From NCBI RefSeq assembly GCF_004010195.1, contig NC_057750.1, positions 17,983,466 to 18,047,465 of the forward strand: a stretch of 64,000 nt of DNA, in the 5' to 3' direction. The first letter of the stretch is position 1. Every line of letters starts with the position of its first letter. The notes under the pieces were generated by a model. It did not search any database. It was not told the DNA's origin and saw only the letters and a program-made list of their open reading frames with translations. This DNA is from Chiloscyllium plagiosum (lineage: Eukaryota). This document shows positions 49,871 to 62,145 of this stretch, in pieces. Position numbers and translations under genes: made by a program.

Positions 49871-50823
49871 CTGAAAGCAGGAGGCACAAAGATAAAATTC
49901 AACCAACTGTTAACTATTTTGAGAAATTTTAAAACACGAGGTTTGCTGTAAAAAATATTTGTTACGTAATTCCCTTTGCCGAAGCTTTACAGGAGATGCT
50001 TCAATGCAGATTGTAACCACTCAAAGCAGCAGTCTACCACAGCTTTCTCAAGGGTAACAGGCATGGGCAACAGAATCACTGACTAAAGCGCAGGACCCAA
50101 AACTGAAATCACAAGAGGAAGGTTCCAAGAGTTTGACGACGTTCAGAACTTCAAGTTTATTAAGTCTATACTTAACCTACAGGGAGATTGCAATTGTGTC
50201 AAATAAAACAAAATTCCTCCCCAATCTTGATTAATATAGACAATTAATATACAAATATAAATATTAAATGTTCTTTTATAACTTCCCTTAAGTGATCTAC
50301 TCGAAATATGCTCCTGCCACATGTTGATGCAGTTTGATTACTGTAGAAGTGTAGGATTTAGTATATTGTAGTAAGCTGTGACATAATAGCAGTTTTCTAG
50401 CATTAACTAGAATTGCTGGCCAATTGCTGGAAAATGGGATTAGAATAGTTCGATGCTAGTTTTTGATCAGCACAGACTCAATGGTCCGAAGGACTTTCAT
50501 GCCAAAGACCCCTCTGACTCTAGGAGTAGCTCCTTTTTAATCAGCACAGCTATACAGCAGGCCAAAAGTACCTGCACAAACCAAGCACAAATTAGACTGT
50601 TAAGTGTAGGTATGGTATGCAAAAAAATGAGTCATGTTCTACTAATAAACTGAAACAGCACACTCATCAGCACTAAATACTCAGAGGAGTCTCTTCATGA
50701 CTATCCAGTCTGAAATCATGAAAATTTCACTTTCAGCAGAACACAGGCTGCCAGTGCCATTACACAGAACAATGAGAGTCTAAGATAAAAAAAAAACAAC
50801 CTGCATTGTAACATCATGTGTAC

Positions 50824-50999
50824 CTCAGGGTCCCCATCCTATCTCCAGAAGCGAGGTGCTGCCCATCAGGACTGATGGTTATGACTCTAATTCCTGACTT
50901 TATATCGGAGGGTCCTCCATTTTCAGTTCGATCGGGGTTGCTTGTTGTATCTTGGAGATACTGGATATTGTCACCAACGTACACAACTTTAATTAAATC
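50824..50999 (-). CDS. WDR62: Coding exon 5 of 15 (176 nt)
   Basis: ttctag|GAT..CTGAG|gtacac; [58 protein letters not shown](R); phase 0/2. Confidence 0.95.
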
Positions 51000-51671
51000 C
51001 TAGAAGATCAAAAATGAGTCAAACGCTCAGGCTAAGAATGCACTGCAACTGTCCACATTAAAGCAATATGGGCAAGCAATGCAAAAGCACTGCCTTTTTC
51101 CCAGAGGAATCATTATTTGGACTTTTATCACATATATTCAAGTTTAGAGCAAACTAATTTTGTTTTAATACTTCATATTTTAGTTATTTTAGTCAAGCTC
51201 CAAAACCTCCATTTTGCAATTCAGTCTAAAGGACTCCACAGCTCACTTAACGGCAATTTGTTTTAAAGCTTTAATCCTAATTCTCAACATGCAAGAATTG
51301 AAAATCAGAAACAACACTAAACAAGGGCAATTACAAAGCGGTAAGGGCAGAGTCGACTGGAGAAAGGAGTTTCGAAGAAAAATCAGTCATGACTCAACAG
51401 GATATATCCCAGTGAGAAAGAAAGATTCTAGAAAGACCAAAAGGATACACCTCAAGACCATAAGATACAAAAAGAGTAGAATTAGGCCATTCAGCCCATC
51501 AACCCTTTTCCACCATTCCATCATGGCTGACACATTTCTCAATCCCATTCTCCTACCCTCTTCCTGTAACCTAGAATACCTTACTAATCAAGCAGCTCTA
51601 TTTACTTTAATACACTCAATGACTTGGCCTCCATTGTCTTCTGTTGCAACGAGTTCCACAGATTAACCACC

Positions 51672-51845
51672 AAGGAGAAAGCGAGGACTGCAGATGCTGG
51701 GGATCAGAGTCAAGAGTGTGGTGCTGGAAAAGCACAGCAGGTCAGGCAGCATCCAAGGAGCAGGAGAAGGGTTTATGCCAAAAGCGTCTCCTTCTCCTCA
51801 GATGCTGCCTGACCTGCTCTGCTTTTCCAGCACCGTATTCTCAAT
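51672..51845. mobile_element. Fold-back PLE-terminus insertion, 14-bp TSD, inside a CR1 fragment
   Basis: ACAGATTAACCACC at 51658-51671 and 51846-51859; inverted arms about 51718-51767 and 51788-51834. Confidence 0.85.
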
Positions 51846-52649
51846 ACAGATTAACCACCCTCTCGCTGAAGAAATTCCTTGTCATCTCAGTTTTAAACAT
51901 AATCACCTCTGCATCCCGAGGCTGTGTGCTTCAGTACCAGTCTCTTCGACTAGTGTAAATCTCTTGTCTACATCCATTCTATCCAGGCCTCAGTATTCTG
52001 CAAGCTTCAATGAGATTCCACTCCACCCTCCACCATTCCCTCTAAACTCCATCAAGGACAGACCCAGACTCTTAATCACTGCTTTTTATGGCAAGTCCTT
52101 CATTCTTTGTTTCATTCCTGTAAATTGGGTGCAGATTCAAAAACATTCAAGAAGCTTCACACTATCCAGGATAAAACAGCCCATTTGATCAGCAATACAT
52201 CCACTGCCTCCACTCCTTAGACTCAGTAGCAACGTGCACATCCTACACTGCAGAAATTCACCAAAGATCCTGAGACAGCACCTTCTAAAGCCACGACCAC
52301 TTCCACATAGAAGGACAAGGGTAGCATACATTGGAACACCACCTCTGCAAGTTCCCTTGCAAGCCACTCACCATATTAACTTGCAAATATATTGTTATTC
52401 CTTCACTATCACAGAGACAAAATTCTGGAACCACCTTCTCATGGCAATAGCACGTAATAAATGCTGGCCAGCATCTACATCCCATGAGTAAATATGAAGA
52501 AAACCTGCTTTGCACCCCGTCCAAGGCCAGCACATCCTCCCTAGATAACGGACTGTGTGGATAATGAATAGTATTTTTACCTTGAGATCTTGTTTGGATA
52601 ATCCAAGATTCGGATAATTAATGTTCAGATACCAGAGGTTGTTCTGTAT

Positions 52650-55100
52650 ACGCAATGACCTGGCTTCCATAGCCTTCTGTGACAATGAATTCCATAGATT
52701 CACCACTCTTTGGTTTAAGAACTCTCACCTTATTTCCGTTCTAAAAGGACTTCCCTTTACTCTATGTCCTCAGGTCCTAGTCTCTCCTACCAATGGAAAC
52801 ATCTTCCCAGCATCCGCTCTGTCCAGGCCATTCAGTATTCTGTATGCTTCAGTTAGATTTCCCCTCATCCTTTTCAACTCCATTGTGTACAGACCCAGAG
52901 TCCTCAAATGGTCCTCATATGTTAAGCTTCACATTCCTGAGACCATTTTAGTGAACCCCATCTGAACACGCTCCAGGGACACTGCATCCTTCCTGAGACA
53001 TGGGGACCAAACTTGCCACAATACTCCAAATGTGGTACAACCAGAGCCTTATAAAACCTCAGAAATACATCCCTGCCTCGAGATTCAAGTCCTCTCCAAA
53101 TAAATACCATCTTTGCAGTTGGCTTCCCAACTACTGACTCAACCTGCAAGTTTACCTTGAGAGAATCCTGGACTAGAACTTCCAAATCTCTTTGCACTTC
53201 AGAGTTCTGAAGTTTCTCCCCATTTAGAAAACTGTCCATATGTCTATTCTTCCTACCAAAGTGAATGACCTCACATTTTCCCAAGTTGTATTCTATCTGC
53301 CACTTCTTTGCCCACCCTCGCTAACCTGTCCAAATCTTTCTGCAGTCTTCCCCCAACCTCCTCAACGCTACTGATCCCTCTAACTATCTTTGTAACATCT
53401 GCCATCTTAGCCAGAATGCCCTCAGTCCCTTCATCCAGATTGTTAAATGTACAAAGCAAAACGTTGTGCTCCCAACACAGCTTTGTGGAACATCACTTGT
53501 CACCAGCTGCCATCCTGAGAAAGATCCTTTTATCCCCACTCACTGCTTTCTACCAGACAGCCAAGCTTCTATTCATGTTAGCACCTTGCCTCTAACACCA
53601 TGAGCACTTACCTTAGTAGCCTGTTGTGCAGCACCTTGTCAAAGATCTTCTTGAAATCCAGGTAGATAACACACATTGACTCTCCTTGTCTTACCTGCTT
53701 GTTACTTCCTCAAAGAATTCTAGCAGATTTGTCAGGCATGATCTCCCCTTGATGAAACCATGTTGACTTCGCCTTACTTTACCACATACTTCCAAATATT
53801 CAGAAATCTCATCCTTCGCAATGGATTCCAGGATCTGAGGTTCCTACGACTGAGGTTAGGCTAATCAGTCTATAATTTTCCATGTTCTGCTTTACTCCTT
53901 TTTAAACAGGGTGTCACATTAGCGATTTTCCAGCCCTCTGGGACTCTCGCTAATTCCAACAATTCCTGTAAGATCACCACTAACGCCTCCCCTCTCTTCA
54001 GCTATCTCCCTTAGACTTTGGGGTATAATCCATCTGCTCGAGGTGATTTATCCACCTTCAGGCCATTCAGTTTTTCTAGCACCTTCTCCTTGGTGATGGC
54101 CATCATACTCAGCCCTGCCCTCTCATTCTTGAATTTTTGGGATATTACTTGTGTCTTTCACCGTGAAGACTGACATGTAGTAATTATTCAGTTCCTCAGC
54201 CATTTCCCCACTACTGTCTCTCCAGCGACATTTTGCAGCGGCCCAATGTCCACTTTTGCCCTTTGTATATTTAAAGAAACTCTTTCAGTCTCCCTTTATA
54301 TTACTGGCTAGTGTACTGTCATATTTAATCTTCTCCCTCCTTTTTTTTTTGCTGTTCTCTGTTAATCTTTGAGAGCTTCCAAAGCCTCTGGTTTCCCAAT
54401 GCCCTTTGCTACTTTATAATGCTTTCTTTTTTGCTTTTATGCTGTCCCTGACTTCCCTAATTAGCCACGGTTGCCTCATCCTCTCTATACCATGCTTCTT
54501 TTTCCATCGGGATGAATCTCTGCTGTGTGGCCTGAATTACTCTCAGAAACTGTTCCACTGTTTTTCCTGCTCGGCCTTTCTCCAAGTCAATTCTACCCAG
54601 CTCCTCCCTCATGCCTCTATAGTTGCTTTTATTCAGCTATAATACTGTCATCTCTGATTCTACCTTCTCCCTCTCAAATTGTAGAGTAAATTCAACCATA
54701 TTATGATCATTGCCTACTAAGGGTTTCGTCACCTTAAGCTTCCTGATCATGTCTGCCTCATTGCTCAACACTACATCCAGTATTGCCCGGTCCCTCGGAG
54801 GCTCCACGACAAGCTGCTCCAAAAAGCCATCCCATAGACAATCCACAAATTCCTTTTCTTGCAATCCATTACTGATTTTCCCTGTCCACCTGCACATGGA
54901 AATCCCCCATGGTCACTGTTAATTTGTCTTCCCTACACACCCCAACTCCTGACAACTATTTGGAAGCCTGTACTTAACTCCAACTACAGCTTTTTGACCT
55001 TTGCGGTTCTTCACTTCTACCTACACAGATTCTACACCATCTGACCCTACTTCGTTTCTTACTAGTAAGACAACCCCACCCCTTCTGCCCATCTGCCTAT
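52650..55100 (-). mobile_element. Long degraded CR1 LINE ORF2
   Basis: FLEQLVVEP..ILDVVLSNE, GKCEVIHFGRKN, PHLEYC motifs. Confidence 0.85.
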
Positions 55101-55269
55101 CTTTAATTCACCGTTCTTGTATTCCAGTCCTCTCAAAATGAATGTTAGCATTGCATTTGCCTTCCTAACTACCAACTTAACTTGTATGTTAATCTTGAGA
55201 GAATCATGAACCAGAACAACCAAGTCCCTTTGTGCTTCAGATTTCTGAAGCCCTTCCAGATTTACAAAA

Positions 55270-57255
55270 CCAACCAGTGAAATTAAGGATGGCATCAAAT
55301 CGAAACAGGGTGGATAGCACAGCACAGATTACTGGAAAGCCAGAGGACTGCTGAAGTTTTAAAAACCAACAAGATCACCCAAAAAAAAAGAAATAAAATT
55401 GGAGGGTAAACTCGTCAGTAGTACTGAAACAGGCAACTGGAGCTTCTTTAAACTGAACATAGGTCACTTCGAGCAGGAAGCTGGGGAAATAATAATGGGG
55501 AACTAGAAACGGCAGTACAGTTGAATAAATATTTTTCACTAGTATTCACAGTAGAATACATTAAAGGAATACCAAATTATCAAAGTACATAATGGAGAGG
55601 AAGAAAACAATAATTACTATTAGAGGAAACGCACTCTCAAAACCAATGGTTAAAATTCAATAGATCCCTTGACCCGATCTTCAGATATTAAAGGAAGTAG
55701 CTACAAAGATAGTGGAAGTAATCTTCCCGGAATCTTTACATTCTGGAAAAGTTCCAGAGGACTGGAAAATTGGCACTTCAACAAGCTTATCAAAAAAAGG
55801 ATGGAGAAATAAATAGGTTGCTATGGGTCCGGCAACATAATGCCTGCTATTTGTGAAAATGTTAGTCTATTAAAAGGATGGACAAGCGAGAATCTATAAA
55901 TAGAGAATGTAATCAAGCAAAGACAGCATGGCTTCATGAAGGGGAAATTATGCCTGACAAATTTATAAGGATTTCTTGAATTGGTAACAAGCAAGATAGA
56001 TGAAGGGGAATCTGTATTGTGATATATCTGGATTTCCAGAGATGTTTGATGGAAGTACTGAACATAACACTCATGGTGTTGAAGGTAGTATAACAGCATG
56101 AATTGACTAATAGAAGACAAATGTTGGACAAAAGGGAATTTTCAGGACGACAACCATAAATAGTGAAATGCCACAGGAATCAGTACTCTGGCCACAATTA
56201 TTTACATTACATTTTATGACTTGGCAATAGTACTTCTCTCATCTAAGATCGCAGATGAGGAAAATAGGTGGGAAGGCAATAGGTAAGGATGACAGCGTCA
56301 GCAGAGGAATACAGACTCATTATGTGAGTGGGCCAAAAATTAGCTGATTGACTACATTGAGAAAACCTGCATCTTTGCAGGAAAAAGAGAGGATCAGAAT
56401 ATTCTTTAAAAAATAAAGACTGCAGAAATCTGCAACTTAATGTGTTTTGGGAGTCCTCATGCATAAATTAGAAAAAGTAAGTATCCAAGTTCAGTATGCA
56501 ATAAAGCAGGCAAATAGAATGTTGGCCTATATCTCAAAAGGGACTGTAAATGGTAAATCTTGCTAAATCTATTCAAGGCACCAGTTAGATCACACTGAGA
56601 TTAAATGAACAGTTTTGTCCCTTTATCAAAAAGAAAGATATACAGGTAATGAAGGCAGCCCATGAAAGGTTCACTAGATTGATTCCAGTAATGGAGGCAT
56701 GGTCATTTGAGGAAAAGTTGAGCAGATTTGGCCTGCACTCACTGCAGCTTAGAAAAATGAGATGCAACCTCATTGAAACATACAAGATTCTTAGCTGGCT
56801 TGATAGGGTAGATGCAGAGAGGTTATTTCCCCTTTCGGGACAGTCTAAGAGTACAGTGCATAATCTCACAATAAAGGGTTGCCAAGTTAGGATACAGAGG
56901 AGGAATTTCTTCTTTCAGAGGGTAATAAATCAGTTCTGAGGAAGGGCCACTCGACACGAAATGTTAACTCTGATTTCTCTCCACAGATGCAGCTAGACCT
57001 GGTGAGCGTTTCTAGCAATTTCTGTTTTTATTTGTGTCTGTAATAAATCTGCATTTTTTTACTGCAGGAGCCTATGACTGTGTTGTTAAGCACATTCAAG
57101 GTAAGCCAGACAGATTTCTAAATCAGGGTAAGAGAATTAAGAGTTTGGGGCAATAGGCATAAAGTAAAACTGGAAATTGAGAACAGCTATGATCTCATCG
57201 ATTGGCAAAGACTCAATGGGCCAAATGGACTAATCCTGCTCCTATATCATATGCT
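55270..57255 (+). mobile_element. Degraded CR1 LINE ORF2 and 3' UTR with a small PLE-terminus insertion (56932-57039)
   Basis: RFTRLIP..EEKLSRFGLHSL..NLIETYKIL; insert flanked by GTAATAAATC at 56922 and 57040. Confidence 0.8.
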
Positions 57256-57348
57256 CCACATAATAGATACCTCCGATTGTACCATACTGTTGGTGTTAAT
57301 AAGCAGCATGACACAAGGGGACTCATCCTTGCTGCTCTTCTGAATTAT

Positions 57349-57656
57349 CGGGCATGTTGGCTCAGTGATTAGCACTGCTTACTCTCAGCACCAGGGACCC
57401 AGGTTCGATTCCAGCCTCGGGCGACTGTCTGTATGGAATTTGCACATTCTGCATGGGTTTCCTCCGGCTGCTCTGATTTTTTCCCACAGTCCAAAGATGT
57501 GCAGGTCAGGTGAATTGGCCATGCTAAATTGCCCATAATGTTAGGTGCATTAGTCAGAGGGAAATGGGTCTGGGTGGGTTACTCTTCAGAGGGTTGGTGT
57601 GGACTTGTTGGGCTGAAGGGCCCGTTTCCACACTGTAGGGAATCTAATCTAATCTT
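57349..57656 (+). mobile_element. HE1-like V-SINE
   Basis: Head, V-domain with a small deletion, (AATCT)n tail. Confidence 0.9.
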
Positions 57657-57816
57657 GAGCAGAATTAAGGTCCCTCTCTCTCTGACCTGACTCACCTCGC
57701 CATGGTGCTGCTGGGGTAGGATCTATTATACAACATTACACAAGAATGAAAATGCGTACGCATAAATAAATATCTTAATCATGAAAAAAAAATTAGTCCT
57801 TCTACAAAGTTGACTG

Positions 57817-58595
57817 AATTACAACATGGCGATGAACCCTTTTGTTAATTAAACCAAACACCCAGAAAAGTTCACCTTGCCTCGTAATCTGTTAAAATAT
57901 GAGTGACAGAGAACTCTCAAATTCCACTGTTTAAAGAAAATAATATTGAATTGTTTTAACTCTAAAAGTGAACATCAATCAACAACTGTTCACAACTTTA
58001 AGCCCCCTTTCTCTTAACTGCTTATTGTCTGTCTCTAACTCTATAACAATATGCTGTTCCAATAAGACACTTATTAAAATTACATCAACTTAATTTCAAA
58101 AATACACAGCCACTGACATCTTTGGGGCCTTCCTCCTTCCGGTTAAAGATCTCCCTGGTCGTCTTCTTTATTTTTTACTGTGAATATGTTTCAAATGTAC
58201 AGGTACCTTTGACAGAGTGTTTTCTCTAATTGCTTGGGTCTATCTTGATGGCAATTGCTCTCTGCAATTTTCAAAATGTCCGCATTTTTAAATCCCCAAT
58301 ATCGGATTGTCTCATTGGTTCGATGTTGGCAAAACAATAAATTCAAACCAGCATGGGTTTTATTGTCCTGGGGCATAATTTAACTGATTGATAAATTCAA
58401 ATTGTTGTCAAAACAGCAAACAAAACTCAAGTACCCATTTCACAGCCGAATGTTACATATTTTCAATTTGTACACTCCCAGAGTACACTCTGGGACTGCC
58501 ATCTAGTCATATACACAGGTGCGTGTAAATGCTCAGTTAAGAACAACATTCACTCTCTCTTAAAAGGTACAGTACATGCCTTCAACTTCATAACA
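57817..58595 (-). mobile_element. Probable solo LTR
   Basis: Minus strand begins TGTTATGA, far end ..TTGTAA(tt); ACTG direct repeat at 57813-57816 and 58596-58599. Confidence 0.5.
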
Positions 58596-58641
58596 ACTGC
58601 GTGGAGATTAGGATGTGTAAAGGCTGGGGTTTAGCTCTTAC

Positions 58642-58791
58642 CATACTATAAATATTCTTGTGGAACGAAGTGAACTGAAATCCAGAGGCTGCATCAACAT
58701 TCCATAATCTTATGGTATTATCCGATGAGCAAGTTAGGAAAGACGCAGAGGGCAGGCAAGCTTGACTACTATTTTCCAATTCTGGATAAAC
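58642..58791 (-). CDS. WDR62: Coding exon 4 of 15 (150 nt)
   Basis: ttaag|GTT..ATG|gtaaga; [50 protein letters not shown]; phase 0/0. Confidence 0.95.
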
Positions 58792-59044
58792 CTTAAAAGT
58801 TAATTTAAAAAATTAATACAACATTAACACTTCATCCAACAATAGAATACGCAACTTAACGTGCTTAAACTGTGCACACTATATGAACAAACTTAAGCAG
58901 CAATCATGGGAGGTTGACTTGATGGAAGTTAACAACCCAACAAGAGAGGGGTGGCATATATGCTTGACCACTCTTTGTTTGAGTTGGGGGAGGGGGGGGG
59001 GGGGGAAGGTGTTTGGTGATGGTGGTTGTTGCGGGGGGGAAAAC

Positions 59045-59345
59045 TCTACTTACAATCCCTACTGTGCGGAACAGGCCGTTTCACCATCAAACCCACATCA
59101 ACCCACCAAAGCGCATCCCACCCAGATCCATGTCCGCACCCTCTCCCTGTAACCCTGCACTTTCCAGGGAAATCCACGTAGTCTGCACATCTTTGGACTG
59201 TGGAAGGAAATAGGAATGCCCAGAGGAAACCCCCACACAGACAAAGGGAGAAGTGCAAAGGCCGCACAGACAAATAGTCATCAGAGGGTGGAATCGGGTC
59301 CCTGGTGCAACGAGACTGCAGTGCTAACCACTGAGCTACCATGCC
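59045..59345 (-). mobile_element. Diverged HE1-like V-SINE
   Basis: Reverse-strand head and CACAGTCCAAAGATGTGCAG core. Confidence 0.75.
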
Positions 59346-60034
59346 GCAAAACGAACTTGCACATGGTTTCAAAATGTGATCTTTCTTCCTCAAGCAAAAT
59401 TATATTTGGACATTTCAAATTGGTTGGCAGTACTGAAGGACAAAAAATCATCACATTGAGTCCTGCCACTTTCCGAAATATGGATCCAAATATCTGGGAG
59501 TCTCTCTCACATGCTCTTCAAATTTATGTAAAATTGTGTGGACCACTGATAAAAGCAGCAGCCTCAACTAAAAGCCAGGGAGAAACGGATTAGAAACTCT
59601 CACCACTTAGTAAAGGCTACAACAATTAATTATGCAATAATCTCAAGGAGTTTGAAGTCCTTCCTCTGTTTTTTTAGATGATACTTAGGATGATTTCAGA
59701 AGGGCACTTGAAGTAAACTTGCAGGCCTACAGGTTTAGAATTGGAGAGTATGACTGACAGCCAGCATGGGTTCCATGAGCCGAACAACCTCCTCCCTTCA
59801 TATCACGACTCTGCAATACAGGCTCTTCAGGTTAGTCGTATGACTGCTTTGGGGGCAGCACTACTGCTTCACAGCAACAGGGACCAGTGTTCAATTCCAT
59901 CCTCAGACACCTGTCTGTGTGGAGTTCACACATTCTCCTCATGTCTGCATGGGTTTCTGCCGGATGCTCAGTTTACCTCCCATAGTCCATTGATATGCAA
60001 GTTAGGTGGATTGGTCATTCTAAATTACCCAATG

Positions 60035-60291
60035 GATTAGAGTGGAAAAACACAGCAGTTCAGACAGCATCCAAGGAGCAGGAAAATCAACATGTCGGGC
60101 AAAAGCCCTTCATCAGGAATACAAGGCAAAGTGCCTGAAGAGTGGACTCTGCCTTATATTCCTGATGAAGGGCTTTTGCCCGAAACGTGATTTTCCTGCT
60201 CCTCGGATGCTGCCTGAAGTGCTGTGCTTTTCCAGCACCACTCTCATCCAGAATCTGGTTTCCAGCATCTGCAGACATTGTTTTTACCTCG
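60035..60291. mobile_element. Fold-back PLE-terminus insertion with two opposed hammerhead motifs, 14-bp TSD, inside an old HE1-like SINE (about 59850-60460)
   Basis: TAAATTACCCAATG at 60021-60034 and 60292-60305; ~90-bp arms at about 60043-60132 and 60146-60234. Confidence 0.88.
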
Positions 60292-61170
60292 TAAATTACC
60301 CAATGTTCAGGAATGTGTAGGCTAGAGGCATTAGCTATGGGAAATGCAGGATATTAGGGAGAGGGTAGGGGATGGGTCTGAGTGGGATACTCTGTGGAAG
60401 GTCAGTGTGGACCCGTTGGGCCAAATGTCTTGTTTTCACATTTTTGGGATTCGATGGATTCTGTGTTCCACAGTGCATGCAATCCCCCAGCTTTAAACCA
60501 GACGTCCTATAAGTAGATGCCCACATTTAACTAAAGGCCAAATTCAAGCACATATAGGATTAAGATCATCCTGTATGGTTGTAAACTTGACAGCTGGCAG
60601 CAAGATTGAGAGCATGCAGCCCAGGATGACCGACAGAGAGAACGAGAGAGGCAGCCTCAGGCAGTGGTAGTAGCAGGAATAGGCAATCTGAGGCTGCAAG
60701 AGCAGGCCATCTGGGGCAGGGGTGGTGTGAGGTTTAGCCCGGAGCAGGGAAGGTCAAGCCCTGTGAGGAGTGATAGCCCAGCAGGGCCAGGTATTTATGG
60801 ACTGCGGTGTTGACATGCTTTCCTTTTGTTGGGCAGGGGATCCCTTTTCTGCAAACTCAAACTGTACAGAAAAATAATTTTAACAAGTGCTCCAAAAATT
60901 GTCTTCGCATTTTTTTTGTTCATAGTTTTCAAAAATCTTACAATCGGATGTACTTCTTTAAAGCATTTTTTTTGGTTGAAACGTTGGGACACTGATTTGC
61001 ACAGCTGAGATAGTGACTTGCAAGAGTCGAAACTGAGCAGCTAATTTATCAGCTCTGTACAAAATCCAAAGTATTGGCAATATTTTTAATTAACCATTTT
61101 AATTGCACAAGAATGAGCAAATCATTTGATATATAATTCTCATTTTAAAACAAAAAAAGTGTTAACATAC

Positions 61171-61360
61171 CTCTACGCTCCACACACTGGAACTATGATA
61201 CAATGCAGAGTAAACCTTCCCAAATTTCTGAACGTCTTTTGTGTCCCAGACATACAGGCTATGGTCACTATATACACATGACAACCACCGATTGGAAGGG
61301 TCAAAGGCCACAGCAATAGTGTCAGGATACAGGGCATCTGTCTTCTTACAGACTAAATGG
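61171..61360 (-). CDS. WDR62: Coding exon 3 of 15 (190 nt)
   Basis: ctcag|C..GAG|gtatgt; (S)[63 protein letters not shown]; phase 2/0. Confidence 0.95.
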
Positions 61361-61442
61361 CTGAGGATACAATCATATTAGAAGTCATTCAGTTTACTTC
61401 TTACAGCCAAGCTCCAAGACATTGATAATTTTTTTTAAAAAA

Positions 61443-61790
61443 ATTCATTCACAGGATGAGTACGTCACCAGCTAGGTAGCATTTACCCATCCCTAATTGC
61501 CCAGAGGTCAGTTAAGAGTCATCCACATTGTTATGAGTCGGGAGTCATTGGTAGGCAAGATATGGTTAGGATGTCAGTTTCCTTTTCTAAAAAGGACATT
61601 AGTGAACCAGATGGGTTTTCAGACAACCGACAATGGATTCACGGTCATCATTCGATTCTCAATTCCAGATATTTATTGAATTCAAATTCCACCATCTGCT
61701 GTGGCGGGGTTCAAACCTGGGTCCCCAGAATGTTATCTGGGTCTCTGAATTAACATTCCAGCGATAACACCACTCGGGTATTGCCTCATG
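61443..61790 (-). mobile_element. tRNA-derived SINE family B
   Basis: Colinear with 4807-5140. Confidence 0.8.
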
Positions 61791-61849
61791 GTATTATTGA
61801 TAATACCATCGAGAATAAAAAGTAACTGCAGAAATAATTTTCTTTTTAC

Positions 61850-62010
61850 CTTGGCTCAATTCCAGCAGCCACATCCACACCGAGATAGTGAGGTTTGGGC
61901 AGATTGGTGACAAACTGGAGGTTAACAGGGTTAAATAACTTCAACGTTCCATTGGCACAGCCACAAAAAATGAAGTCTTCAGTCGCAGAAATGCAGTTCG
62001 CTGCTGAAGT
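61850..62010 (-). CDS. WDR62: Coding exon 2 of 15 (161 nt)
   Basis: tttgag|ACT..CCAAG|gtaaaa; TSAANCISATEDFIFCGCANGTLKLFNPVNLQFVTNLPKPHYLGVDVAAGIEP; phase 0/2. Confidence 0.95.
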
Positions 62011-62145
62011 CTCAAAGCAAAAAAAAAATAGAAAACGATACTTTAAAATATTTTTAAAAACATGGCATTGTTCTGCATTCAGTCTACACTAAAAATCAAA
62101 AATTAGGCATCCATTTAGTTAACACCAACAGAAATACAACAGTAC

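Noticed and set aside
60162..60189. Plus-strand hammerhead as an active ribozyme
   Set aside because: The cleavage triplet reads GTG, not NUH, so it was not listed as intact.
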